Assembly: GCF_000400465.1 (NCBI RefSeq)
Contig: NW_008806284.1
Coordinates: 120,001-182,000, forward strand
Reading direction: 5' to 3'
Length of the DNA: 62,000 bases
Source: Wallemia ichthyophaga EXF-994
Lineage: Eukaryota; Fungi; Basidiomycota
Positions 45,593 to 57,728 of the stretch are shown here, piece by piece (positions within the stretch are counted from its first letter, which is position 1; every line of letters begins with the position of its first letter). The notes beneath the pieces were generated by a model. The model made no database searches and was not told the DNA's origin. It was given only the letters and a program-made list of their open reading frames with translations. The translations under genes were made by a program, and so were the position numbers.

Positions 45593-47182
45593 ATGGCTGT
45601 GCCAGTTGAAAAAGAGGAGGCTGCTGCTAATACGCAGGCTCCCACTCAAACTACCCCGCCAAATCTCCTCAGCGCGCCTCCTTCCCGCTTCGAGAAGCCA
45701 GCCGGCGTAAATACGACAAAGTGGGCAAACGCAGCTCAGGCGCACACCCACAGCTAACAACTCCGCAGCTTTCCAGGACATGCCAATCCGCCACTTCCTA
45801 TCGAGGGCAACGGCTACTTCAGCAATGCGCAATTCATCGCTCTTATCATCGCTGTGCCATACTTGCTCAAGCGCTTGATTCCCTACTTTAACACTGGCTT
45901 CAAGACCTACGTATTCCTCTTCATCCTCACTGGTCCCTTCTCCGCTATCGCGTATTGGACTGTCATGTCCACCTACGGTCCACGCAAGAACGACAAGGTG
46001 GCCCTTCCTAACCGTCCAATTGAAGAATACCTCGATATCAAGGACCCTGAAATGAAGCAGCACTTCCACGGCCACAACAAGATCAATTACCAGCAATTTC
46101 ACGACGCTTACTTTGAAGGCAAAATCGATGTAAAGGGCGACATGCTCGACACCCTCGAATACCGCCACGACTGGGCAACCTTCAACTTCACCCCTAAACT
46201 CTTCAAGTATGTTGTTTTCAAGATGCTCCCTGACGTCATCTTCCACTCCCAATCACAAGACGAAGATCAGATCCAGGATGTGTACGACCGCGGTGATGAC
46301 TTCTACGAATGGTTCCTCGGCCCCCGTATGGTATACACTAGTGGCATGGTTCGCGACACCACCCGCGCTGAGACACTCGAAGAGCTCCAGGACAACAAGC
46401 TCAGTATGGTATGCGAGAAGCTAGACTTGCAGAAGGGTGATAGGATGCTTGATGTGGGATGTGGATGGGGCACTCTCGCAGCGTTCGCTGCTAAAAACTT
46501 TGATGCGGACGTCACTGGAATCACACTCTCCAAGAACCAGGCGGCCTTTGGTAACGAACGTATAGCAAAGAATGGCATTTCCTCTGAGCAGGCTAGGGTG
46601 CTCAATAAGGACTACCGTGATATCCCACGCAACACTTTCAATAAAATCAGCTGCCTCGAGATGGCTGAGCATGTCGGTATTCGTCGCTACGCCTCTTTCT
46701 TGAATGACATTTACAACCTCCTCGACGACGACGGCGTGATGGTTTTCCAGGTTGCTGGATTGCGTCCTCATTGGCAGTACGAGGATCTCGTCTGGGGGTT
46801 GTTTATGAACGAGTACATCTTCCCTGGTGCTGACGCATCTTGCTCGCTCGGCTGGGTCGTCAATCAGCTTGAAAACGCTGGTTTCGAGGTAAAATCGATC
46901 GATGTTCTCGGTGTGCACTACTCGGTCACTATATTGAGATGGTACAATAACTGGATCGCCAATAAGGACAAGGTGATAGAGAAGTACGGTGAGAAGTGGT
47001 TTAGAATCTGGACATTCTTCCTCGCTTCCTCAATTATCATTGCCAGGAACGGCGGGTCGTCGGTGTTCCAGATTACCGTACATAAGAACCTCAACGCTAC
47101 GCGTCGTGTCGATGGCATTGCTAGCCACCACGCTCCTATGAACCGGTTCAAACCATCTTATGCGTCTGTGGCTTCGGAGTAG
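45593..47182 (+). CDS. Sphingolipid C9-methyltransferase (CFA-synthase-like SAM methyltransferase)
   Basis: NPPLPIEGNGYFSN, LEYRHDWA, YDRGDDFYEWFLGPRMVYTSG, SAM motif LDVGCGWG, SCLEMAEHVG and WGLFMNEYIFPGADAS. ATG at 45593 and one intron at about 45721-45768. Confidence 0.88.
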
Positions 47183-47277
47183 ATAGTTTACGTGCTGCTA
47201 TCATGTATACGAATCTATATTACAAGATTATTCTATAGGTGTGCTATAGAAATCATGTCAAGGTGTTATTAGGTATT

Positions 47278-48621
47278 TCATTTATGCACCAATCCATCAC
47301 ACCATTTGAATATATCCTCCCATATCTCACTCCTCTGACTTTCATTCCAGTAGCCCAAGATGAGAAGATCGTGTACACCATCTGTGGCGACATTAGTAGT
47401 GAGATCTACTTTATTGCGTTCCATGCGCTCCACTAGGACCTTTATCTCATCTTCCAGCCGCTCGGCAGTACCGTAAGAGACAAAAGCGGGCGGGAACTTG
47501 TCGAAGAGGTCCTCCTCATCCTTGAGGTGCTGTGACGATGGACTGATGTACGGTGAGTGTACGGATATGTGCTGCGGCAGAATACTGTGCCTGAGGCTCT
47601 TCCTTCGCTTGTCGTCTCCTCGCTGCTTGAACAGAGATTTGTTGATGAATGTATGAGATTGTTGTTGTGTGCAAGTGGGGCAGCCTTGCCCGTTTCCGGC
47701 CGTACATCCGATGAAGGACTCAATTATGATAGCGCGCGGCATTGGCGTGTCCATGAGATAGTCAGCCCCTGCATTCGGACGCTTCCTCTTAGCAACTGGA
47801 TCGAATGGGTAGCTGAAAGAAGGATCACACCATGGCGATAGCAGTAGTAGGCCGGCTGGTGTATCATGCAATCTCTCATCGCGTATAAATCTCCCCAATG
47901 CCAACGCAAGATTTCCACCGGCGGAATCACCAATAATCACTATCCGCGAAGGAGGCACTTTGCGTTGGTTGATGAGATTGTCAAAAACACTGGCAACATC
48001 GAGCAGCGCACCGGGAAATGCACTGTGATGGATAAGTCGATATTCCACAGAGTGTATCTCGAGAAAAGACCCTGCCTCCATTAGCCGCTTCGGGATGATG
48101 GACGTTGAACAGTTCTCGTCGGCGGACATGTGCACATAAGCACCCCCGTGTATAGCAATACCCACTAGAGGGAGAGTGGCAGATTCCATCTCAGCGCCAT
48201 TGCGATCCCGATCGCGCTCATCCTCACGGTCGTCATATGTCTTATCGTGGCGATGACGCGGCCAAATGTATGTACCCACTTTGGAATGGGTATCCTGGCC
48301 ATCTACATCGAGCACTCCTATCTGCTTCTCGATGGGCAATGTTGGTACGAATTTGAAGTAGGTGTGTTTGCCATGCCTGCCAAATGAGAAAGGGTCCTTC
48401 ACATGGAAAGAGAGGTTTGAAAGCTCAGTCATTCTGTGCATCCTCTGTAGAAACTTGACAGATATGGCTTGCATAATACTCCATGTAGGGCGTGGTCGGT
48501 TACGCTTGGACAGGAAGGTGACAGCATGGATAGGCACCATCAGCAGCGCGACAGAGACCATGTAAGCGCAGTAGAATACGCGCATTACGCTCCCCGAGTA
48601 CTTCAAATGGGGGTGGCGCAT
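47278..48621 (-). CDS. Alpha/beta-hydrolase of the HSL/Abhydrolase_3 family with an N-terminal hydrophobic segment; ErdH-like candidate
   Basis: Oxyanion motif HGGAY, VEYRL, nucleophile motif GDSAG, LLLLSPW.D and catalytic His in DGVHD. Confidence 0.88.
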   Translation of the reverse strand: MRHPHLKYSGSVMRVFYCAYMVSVALLMVPIHAVTFLSKRNRPRPTWSIMQAISVKFLQRMHRMTELSNLSFHVKDPFSFGRHGKHTYFKFVPTLPIEKQIGVLDVDGQDTHSKVGTYIWPRHRHDKTYDDREDERDRDRNGAEMESATLPLVGIAIHGGAYVHMSADENCSTSIIPKRLMEAGSFLEIHSVEYRLIHHSAFPGALLDVASVFDNLINQRKVPPSRIVIIGDSAGGNLALALGRFIRDERLHDTPAGLLLLSPWCDPSFSYPFDPVAKRKRPNAGADYLMDTPMPRAIIIESFIGCTAGNGQGCPTCTQQQSHTFINKSLFKQRGDDKRRKSLRHSILPQHISVHSPYISPSSQHLKDEEDLFDKFPPAFVSYGTAERLEDEIKVLVERMERNKVDLTTNVATDGVHDLLILGYWNESQRSEIWEDIFKWCDGLVHK

Positions 48622-48625
48622 TGTT

Positions 48626-49678
48626 ATGACAAACGATGATGATGATTGGGGTGAAAAATGGCGCTCCAAGATTCTGAGTCATTCTTACAAACTCGCACCC
48701 ATGAGCTCAAACTCAACAAACAATATCAGTAAAGACAAGGTTGCTGAGCTCATATCAGCAAATGAGAAGTACTCCCCAGCTACGTCCTGGCTCGAAGACC
48801 GTTACAGCATCTTCAACAAAGGCGACAACATACAAGGATACATTCAGCAGGAAGGCTTCCAGTTCTACTGGGGGGATCCTATCATTACACAGGGCACTAC
48901 TGGCGATTTCGTAAAGCAGATAATCAACTTGGCTAAGGAGAACAACTGTACGCCTGTATTCTGCGAGGTGTCGGAGGACCTCGAGGAGTTGTTGGCTGGT
49001 GATGATTTTGGATACTCGTGCTTGTCGTGCACACACGAAGACGTCATTGACCCAACTCAAGTAAATCTTGACGTAAAGGATGTTCAGCAGAATGTCCGTC
49101 GGTCGCAACGAGCCGGCGTGACCGTATACGAGCTGAGTGGTGAGCCAACAGAAGAGCAGCACAGGGCCATAGATCAGGGCGTCGACAAGTGGAAAGAGGG
49201 CAGGAAGGGTGAGCAGATCGCCACTGCTTCGATGGATCCTTTCCTCGATTCCACCCATAGACGCTTCCTCGTTGCCCAAGTGGAAGGTAAAATAGTCGGT
49301 ATTCTTATCCTCACCCTCCTTAAAAACCACGGATACCAGATCAAAAATTGCACTTCCTTCCCAGACGCCCCGAAAGGCACATCAGAGAGACTGATTGTGG
49401 AATGCTTGGAGCTGCTTAAGAAGGAAGACAACCACTTTGTCAGTTTTGGGATTAGTGCTAGCGATCACATGTCGCCAGTGAACAACCTCAAGGGCATGCG
49501 CGTAACGTGGCTCAGCGGCACTTACAAGTCAATTCTCAAATCTACAGGAATATTTAAAAGAGCTGACTTTCGTAGCAAGTTCAACGTCAAGCATGATCCA
49601 TTGTATATTTGCTACCCTCAGCATGAATTCGGACTGGATGGTGTACATTCTATCATGAAAGCACTTAAAACCAAGTAA
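48626..49678 (+). CDS. Free-standing DUF2156 (LPG-synthase C-terminal-like) aminoacyl-tRNA transferase; fungal ErdS/ErgS-type ATT domain
   Basis: YWGDPI, W.EGRKGEQI, PFLD..HRRF, YQIK...FP.AP.G.SE.LI, FRSKF and PLYICYP. Intronless. The start is ATG 48626 or 48701. Confidence 0.85.
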   Translation: MTNDDDDWGEKWRSKILSHSYKLAPMSSNSTNNISKDKVAELISANEKYSPATSWLEDRYSIFNKGDNIQGYIQQEGFQFYWGDPIITQGTTGDFVKQIINLAKENNCTPVFCEVSEDLEELLAGDDFGYSCLSCTHEDVIDPTQVNLDVKDVQQNVRRSQRAGVTVYELSGEPTEEQHRAIDQGVDKWKEGRKGEQIATASMDPFLDSTHRRFLVAQVEGKIVGILILTLLKNHGYQIKNCTSFPDAPKGTSERLIVECLELLKKEDNHFVSFGISASDHMSPVNNLKGMRVTWLSGTYKSILKSTGIFKRADFRSKFNVKHDPLYICYPQHEFGLDGVHSIMKALKTK

Positions 49679-49879
49679 TTTAACGACCTGTATATGTTTT
49701 ATAGATCTTTCTCATTTCTACCTTGTTCGATGAAAATTTTCTGTAACAATAACTGCGAGACAACCCACAGCAAAATTCTTTATTACTTTTAAACTTCTCT
49801 TTAGCTTCACGCGGATACAACCAATTGCCACCGACATTTGTCGAAGAATCCCGCTGAAATATCCTTAACAAGTCGCTTC

Positions 49880-52800
49880 ATGGCAAAAAACGCAAAGTCA
49901 TCTGCAACGGCAGGAAGTGAGTGTAGCTGCCGATATTAACACCACTCTAACGTTACAGCGCGTAAAAAGCAGGCCGCTAAGAAAGGCGAGGGCGAGCAGC
50001 AGCCCACGAAACAGCAGCAACAGCAGCAGGGAAAGAAGAAGTACACAAAGAAGCACGGTATCGGTCAGTCTAAGCCACCGCCACCGCCAAAGAGATACAT
50101 TCCTCCCCCAAAGCCGCCACGCCCTGCTCCAGATCCACTCGAGGCTTGGGGACTGGCGAGTGTCCTCCCAGCGGATTTGGTTGTTATTTTAAAAAGATTC
50201 AGTAAGAAGGACGCCACCACTAAAATTAGAGCTGTCGAAGATCTACAAAGCTGGGTCGCTGACGTCGACAACAGAGAAGGCGGCACAGAGAGCTTAGTGG
50301 TGGCGTTGCCAGTTTGGGTGTGTAGTGGTTTCATTGAAAGCACTGAGCTAACCACTCACAGCTTCACCACCTCCCTTCAATGCTCCTCGCTTCGAATAGA
50401 AGACTGAGGCAGGTTGCCTTGAGCCTCAATTTGGCACTGTCTTCGCCCAACATTAACGACGTTAGATCCAATATGCTCTACACTATTAGCGAATCTAGCT
50501 ACGAGTCCTCGTTGGGCGCGTGGCTGCTTGCTAATCCACAATCATGGCTCAGCAATACCACATTCGAGGAGGTCCCAGAAGGAGACGACCGCATTCAGCT
50601 TCTCGAGGAATATCAACTTGAACCTCTCATTAATTACATCAGCGCAGCTATTCGCTCTCCGTACCTCCTCCTGCCGACTGCTGGTACACCTGGTACACCA
50701 CTCACAGAAGCTAAAAAGGATATAATGGCTGAGCAGGAAGAGAATTACAAGTCTAAAGACGCTCGTATCAAATCAGCTGGTTTGAATGCCTTGGGTTATC
50801 TCATTACGACCATTCCTCAAGGCTTCGACGTGCAAGGACTGCTTAGGGACCTGATTGACTCAGGTGCAATTGCCGAGTGTTTCAATGCTCCCGAGGGTGA
50901 AGAGATTGTCAGGAGGTCTGTTTGGAGTCTTCTTCTACCGCTCTTGAAAAGAGACGAAGGTAAGCTAATCGAAAGCAACCTCCATTCGTTCGCTCCAGTC
51001 ATTATCAACAACGCTTTCAACGAGAATGACTCCACTGTCACATCTGTCATGTTTGATGGTCTGCTAACGTTCCTCCATCGCTTCCCGTCTGCATGGACTA
51101 TCGCAATCGATGAGGAGCAAGATGATAACCAAGATGGGGAGAGGATACCAAAATGTCTTAGCAGTCTGCTCACCTTTTTAGAGCTCGGCTGTAGAGCAAG
51201 TCCACCTCAGGTAGCCTACTCAAGCTTGCTGGTTATTCTCATGACTATGCCAAAGGAATACCTCACTCAATCAACACTATCAAGACTGTTGGTAGCCTTC
51301 TTAGCACCTCTTTACTCAAACATATTCCCTTCACCGCCTGTCCTTCAAGCTAGACATGCTGAGGCTCTTTTGAAGTCAATTACGGAATGTTTGGTGGCGA
51401 TTGTTGCAAATGTAGTTGAGTCAAGAGATACTGGCCTTGAAGTCGCAACAGAGTGGATCAAAGCTATTTGGGAGGCGTTTGTCACTTCACCAACACGTGA
51501 TGCTAAGCTGCTCAAGGCTAACGTTGTCGGTCCTACTCTCCAAAATGCATTTAAAAAACTCCACACAGTTCAGGAGCAGAATCTCGATAGTGCTGTAGAT
51601 ACAGTCGAGGAAATTACATTGGATTCTGAAGACGTCTCAAGAAGCACTGAAGTATTGTGTGAAATGGTGAAATCAGCCGATGGCGCGATTGAAAATAGAT
51701 TTGCAGGTCTTCTAGAGAAATTAGTAAATAATTCGCTCAATGAACAAGCCGAAGCCAATCTCGATGTCATTGTGATTGCTTTGAGAGGCATCGAGTGTAT
51801 CAGCATCATTGAGGGGGTCTTGCAACAGCTCGACGACTTTATCACGGTGACCTTGCCAACTCTTGTCGCTGGCCAGAGCTCATCAGAAGCAACTGACCTG
51901 CTACTTGCCTATATCGCCAAACGCGACAATGGTAATATGATTCAGCAGGCTTGGAAAGGCGTACTTAGTGCTGAACCATCACTCGATGTCGTCGCTAAGC
52001 TTCTAGATGCAAACGCCAATGGTGACCTGGATGGGAAACAACTCGAGGGCGCCAGCACAATGGCTGGAATTGACGAAATGGCCTTGCTCTTGGCCAACAG
52101 GGACATTGAAGGCGATTCAGATCAAGTAGAGAAGCGAGTCATTAACGGTATTCTACAATCAAGTGATAAGTTCATAAGTACAGTAATGCACGGATCCATC
52201 GAGCGTCTCTATATTGATTCTTTCAGAGGCAGTGTTTACTCCAAACTCTATCGCAATTCAAATCACCGTGATGTCAATTTGTCAACTATCAAACATGCAA
52301 GCATCGATGTTCTCGTACAGCTTGCCAAAGAAATATTTATCGAAGCTTACATTGTCAATGAGGACGCAACGGCTAGAGACCTTTGGAGCAGAGTTTATAA
52401 TGTGGAGAAAGTTTTCTCAGCTGTCAAAGATTTCGTTTTTGGCTTGATATCAGATGTGAATGTTTTGGCGGAGTAAGTGGCGGTTATACAATGCTGTTCA
52501 CTTTACTGACCTCCCCCCACAGACCCAAGACGATATTTAATGCATTTTATCAACATTTGATAAAGTATGAGTCTAATGATGAGCACGTGGCTCAACAATT
52601 CATCAATTCCCTTAGCGCTCAATATGATCTTCAACTGGACCTTCCATTGCCCTCTGCCTTGGCCGTTCTTGACGAGCTCGTCCCTCACACCTCCGAGTAC
52701 GATGACACCGCACCAAACCACACCGAGTACGACGAAAGGGGTCACTCAAGTCTCATTAGGAATATCGAAGGGCTTCTCAGCTACTTTACGGCTGATATGT

Positions 52801-55031
52801 CAATTGCTGTGAACAACGCAAGTGCACTCATCAACTTTTTCGGCGCATTGAGACTCGTTGAGGATGAGATGAGCATTAGAGGATGCACTAGTGCTTTCTC
52901 TAAAGAGAGCGATATGGAATCATTGGCAACTATACACGATTCTCTGAGGACGAGCGTTGCTTACACACTCTACAAAATTAGTTCCAGTGTCGATCAAAGT
53001 GCACTGATAAGGGTAATTAGGAGTGGCGGAGAGGCAAATGATTCACTTTCAGTGGCTCTCAAAACACTTTATTACGATGGAAGAGTGAACAGCCTGAGAC
53101 TCTTCCGCGACATGCTTCATGGCGTGCTCCAACGTGTTGAGGACGTCGATGGCGACAGGTGGTTGGGTATGACTGGTGAGGAGTATACAAAGGCCAATGG
53201 AGAGCACAGGGCAAAAGCTCTGCTGTTATCTGTCAAATCTTACACCCTGTCTTCACCACGTCTGGCAAGACTGCAGAATGAGATAGCATCCAAACTTACC
53301 AGCATCTCGGCAGCTGATGCCTCAGAACAAGGTTTACCATTGTTGAGATTGCTGATCAGTGCTGCGCCACCATTGGACGCTGAAGAAGGTCTGCTTCCTC
53401 AACAAAGAGCGCTCTATCTGCTTAAGTGCTTGCGCGAGTGGGTAATGAGTGATGAAGATCTAGATGAGGAACTTGACGGCAGATTGTCTGAGTTGTTTAT
53501 TCATCTTGTTCCGGTTATACAAGGAGTCGACGGTTCACACTGGGATTTGATATTCGACTTGGTGGAGGCTAACATTGAGATCGCATCGTTGGACGAGGGC
53601 GTACTACTCTATAACTCGCTTAGACTGTTTGAACAGCTTATGACTCTATCAAAGACCAACTCGGCACTCAGCAACATCTGGAAAGATAGGCGTGCAATTG
53701 CATTTGAGCACCTCCGCACTCTGTTCTTGAGCTTAGGCGACGACAACGGCGTTACATCGACTAGGCCGCGCAATGTATGCGAAGATCTCGTTCTTAAATT
53801 GGTCCAAGCTGTTCCTAAGGATCTTATCTCTGAGGAGAGTTTCGATCCGATGGTCAAGATGCTCAACAGCTACTCTACAGAAGTCCGCAAAGTGGCACAT
53901 AGGTTGTTATACAGACTTATCAAGACTCAAGTTGAGAAAGCAGCAGTGGATAGTGCAGTGGATAGTAGCTACGAAGTTAAACTACCGGAAGTACTAACGG
54001 AGAAAATAAGCGAGAGAATAACTTACTCGATAGACGATGTGGTAAAGAATGAGAATGTCAGAAAGCACGTCTTCTACTTATTGCTGGTGTGGGATGTTAC
54101 ATTCTGTCACTTCAATCACGCTTCTGATGCTATGCGCGCTAAATATAACGAGCAATTCCGTCAAAGTGGTGTCATCGGAAGCGCATTTTTGCCGCTTATT
54201 TTCACTGTGATGGGACTATTTGATAAGAACAAAACGATCGATTTATCCGGATACCTGATTGATGAGTTTTACGTACAGTACTACGAAAGCGACGAATACA
54301 CGCCAACTGCTGTACTCGCCGCTTTTGTTTTTTATAAATCATTGAAGTATAGCTCTGGCCATGTTAGGGCGTGGTGGACATCTAACCAGAACAGACAACT
54401 GTCTATGGTAGTTAATGGGGTGACGTCAAGGTATTTCAGTCCTCAGATCATACACGAAGAGCTTAAGCAACTGCGTAATCCAGTCTCACTGAAGGAGTTA
54501 CAGACCGAGGCGTTTAGTATAAAGGTTGCGCAGAACGCAAGTGAAGTTACAGCCACTTACATTGTCGATGAGCAGCCGATGGAAATGGGAGTAAAGCTAC
54601 CGCAACTATTCCCGCTTGAGCCGGTTGAGATAAGGAATATAAGGAGAGTTGGCGTCAACGAACGACAATGGAGAGCATGGTTGTTGGCCGTACAGCAAGT
54701 GATTGGCTCACAATCTGGACCTTTATTGGAGGCTTTGAGTTTGTTCAAGAGAAACGTCAGCTTACACTTTGATGGTGTGACTGAGTGTGCCATTTGTTAC
54801 TCGTGGGTGGTACTACTTGTTCTCATAGCCCAACTAACACAGCAAAGTATCGTTCAAACTTCTGATCGCTCGCTGCCATCAAAGAAATGCAAAGTTTGCA
54901 GTAACAAATTCCATGGCGCTTGCTTGTACACGTGGTTCCAATCCTCGACTGTGAGTTTCGATGTCCTGTAGATGGCGAAGCTAACCGAAATACAGTCATC
55001 TACATGTCCGTTGTGTCGTCAAATATGGTAA
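49880..55031 (+). CDS. LTN1: Listerin E3 ubiquitin ligase of ribosome quality control (Ltn1/Rkr1)
   Basis: Starts MAKNAKSSATAG; KRFSKKDATTKIRAVEDL; C-terminal RWD (YIVDEQPMEMGVKLP..FPL, RVGV.E..WRAW) and RING (CAICYS...CKVCSNKFHGACLYTWF...CPLCR). Multiple introns. Confidence 0.93.
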
Positions 55032-55103
55032 CATTGTAATTGATTTAATAGACTTTATATACATTGATATTGCGTAATACATTCTTGTTGGAAGCACACC
55101 GCC

Positions 55104-57212
55104 ATGATCCCGCGAGGCGCTGGAATAGCGACGAGAGTAAGAAAATAATGTTTGCTAAAGCTTCTGGCTGACAATATTACTAGGGCTGTCTGCGATTACG
55201 GTTACGGCCTTGTGGCAGCGGTTATCAGTCATTGCGGATACAGTTACCGTGGCAACAACTGAGATGGCACGCACATATGTCCAACAGTACACCCAAAATT
55301 GAGGCGAAACAGCCCATCAAAGCACAATCACAGCAAACGGAATCCGTCGAGAAACCAACGAATGATATCACCACGAAGCAGCAGAGACAGATGGACTGGA
55401 ATATAATAAAGTTGCTCATAAAGAATATCTGGCCTAAAGGAGACAACAAGACGAAAGTCCGCGTCAGTTTGGCAGTAGCTCTGCTCATTTCAGGCAAATT
55501 GCTTAATGTGCAAGTGCCATTTTTCTTCAAGAGTATAGTGGATACACTGAATATAGAGCTAGATCCGAGCATGACAGTATGGGCTGTCTGCGGCTCTGCT
55601 ATTGCCGGCTATGGTCTTGCGAGGATTGGATCGACGACATTCAACGAGTTACGTAATGCAGTATTTGCAAATGTAGCACAAAGAGCGATAAGGAGAGTTT
55701 CAGGGAATGTATTTCGTCATCTTCTCAGTCTCGATTTGGGCTTCCACTTGAGCAGACAGACTGGCGGTCTCACTCGTGCCATCGATAGAGGTACAAAGGG
55801 AATTTCATTCTTACTTACATCTATCGTATTTCATATTATACCAACTGCACTCGAAATTTCGATGGTATGTGGAATTTTGTCTTACAAATTTGGACCAAGT
55901 TTCGCTGGTATTACTTTGGCTACTATGCTCGCATATAGTTGGTTCACTATTAGAACAACTTCGTGGCGTATGCGCTTTCGCAAGGAGGCTAATGCGGCTG
56001 ACAATGCTGGTGCAAATGTTGCAATTGACTCGCTGCTCAACTACGAAGCTGTGAAACACTTTAACAATGAAACCCACCAGGCAAAATTGTACGATGGGAC
56101 GTTGAAGAAATACGAGGATGCATCACTTAAAGTTGCAACATCGCTAGCTTATCTTAACAGCGGACAGAATTTCATCTTCTCTACTGCACTGACTGCAATG
56201 ATGGTACTTACTGCACAGAATGTACTCGCTGGAACAATGACGGTTGGAGATTTGGTACTTGTCAACCAACTCGTTTTCCAACTCAGTGTGCCTCTCAATT
56301 TTCTAGGCACAGTCTACCGCGAGTTGAGACAGAGTCTGATAGATATGGAGACACTATTCAATTTACAGTCTGTAGATATAAACGTAAAGTCGAAAGAAAG
56401 TGCGCCTCCTATTCAACTCAAAGGTGGTAACATCAAGTTTGAGAATGTACAGTTTGGATATCACCCAATACGCCCGATATTCAAAGATGTCTCATTTACG
56501 ATCCCAGCTGGGAAAAAGGTAGCAATAGTGGGACCATCAGGTGGAGGAAAGTCAACAGTTTTTAGACTATTGTTTAGGTTCTACGACCCAACATCGGGTA
56601 GAATAACGATAGATGGGCAGCCAATTGAGCAAGTTGATATGGAAAGTCTGAGGAAAGTAATAGGAGTGGTTCCACAGGATACAGCGCTATTCCATGCTGA
56701 CGTAATGCAAAATGTGCGATATGGAAGACTGGATGCTAGTGATGAGCAAGTAAAGGAGGCAGCTCGGAAGGCGCAAATGGGTAAGTTGATAGAGAGTCTA
56801 CCTGAAGGGTGGAGTACGAGTGTTGGGGAGAGAGGAATGATGATTAGTGGAGGAGAAAAGCAGCGACTGGCGATTGCGAGGGTCTTTTTGAAGGATGCGC
56901 CAATATTATTCTTCGATGAGGCAACTTCGTCGTTGGATACAGAGACCGAGAGAGAGTTGCTGAACAATATCAAGGAGGTGCTTGGCAGCAAAGCGCGTAC
57001 GAGTGTGTTTGTGGCACATAGACTTAGAACGGTCTCAGATTCAGGTGAGTGAGTTTGAGTGTCAAGTATGTATCGACTAACACGATACAGATCACATAAT
57101 AGTACTCAGGGACGGATATGTGGATGAGGAAGGAGATCATGATGAGCTGATGAAGCGTGGAGGAACATATTATAAAATGTGGCAGCAGCAGCAGCTTGAG
57201 CAAGCAGTTTGA
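55104..57212 (+). CDS. ATM1: Mitochondrial ABC transporter Atm1 (ABCB7)
   Basis: [29 protein letters not shown], Walker [10 protein letters not shown], signature ISGGEKQR and Walker B FFDEATS. Introns near both ends. Confidence 0.96.
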
Positions 57213-57245
57213 AATGAATAGAGAATGAATGAATATCGATAAGAA

Positions 57246-57664
57246 TTACTCTTCTGACTCGTCTGAAACTTGTGAGCGATGGAAAGTGCCTCTCTGGGTT
57301 GTGGATTCGCCCTTTCTAGCGCCAATCCAGTCCCATTTCTCCTGGTTAGTATATTAGTGTGTAAGAATAACCAAAAACCAATTCAACTAACATCAGTATA
57401 CTTTGCCAATGTGAAAATACCCGCAGGAATAACCAAACCAAAAGCGATAATCTTATTTGAGATAGGTCTAGTCATTTTGAAGTGTTGGTAAGTGTGTTCG
57501 CGCTGTGTTTAATTAGACTGGCTGTCTGCGCCTATTCAACCAAATGCTAACCATATGATTCCATCTCTCTGCAGCTGGATCGAGCTAAAACTAAAGTTAA
57601 TCTAAATTATTTAATTTAATATTCATCTCACTTTAACCGTGTGGAATTCTCCGTGTCCTCCCAT
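57246..57664 (-). CDS. NDUFB4: Mitochondrial complex I B15 subunit (NDUFB4-like), four exons, about 90 aa; absent from the ORF track
   Basis: Spliced product MGGHGEFHTVK|LDPAAERWNHM|REHTYQHFKMTRPISNKIIAFGLVIPAGIFTLAKYTD|EKWDWIGARKGES...*, matching the fungal B15 pattern DPA.ERW..MRE..Y..F. Three canonical GT-AG introns, the last at 57342-57391. Confidence 0.82.
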
Positions 57665-57728
57665 TTTTGATGTTGGTTGTGTGTGGATGAGAGTTATTCT
57701 GCCATTTGCTCCTTGATCAGCTACACCC

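Noticed and set aside
45461-46252. 263-aa minus-strand ORF
   Set aside because: Antisense shadow of the C9-methyltransferase. It is expected from the biased codon usage of the sense gene.
48755-49330. 191-aa minus-strand ORF antisense to the DUF2156 gene
   Set aside because: No motifs; it is a shadow ORF.
770-55031. Two ribosome-associated E3 ligases (ITT1 and LTN1) in one window
   Set aside because: They are about 48 kb apart with unrelated genes between; coincidence.
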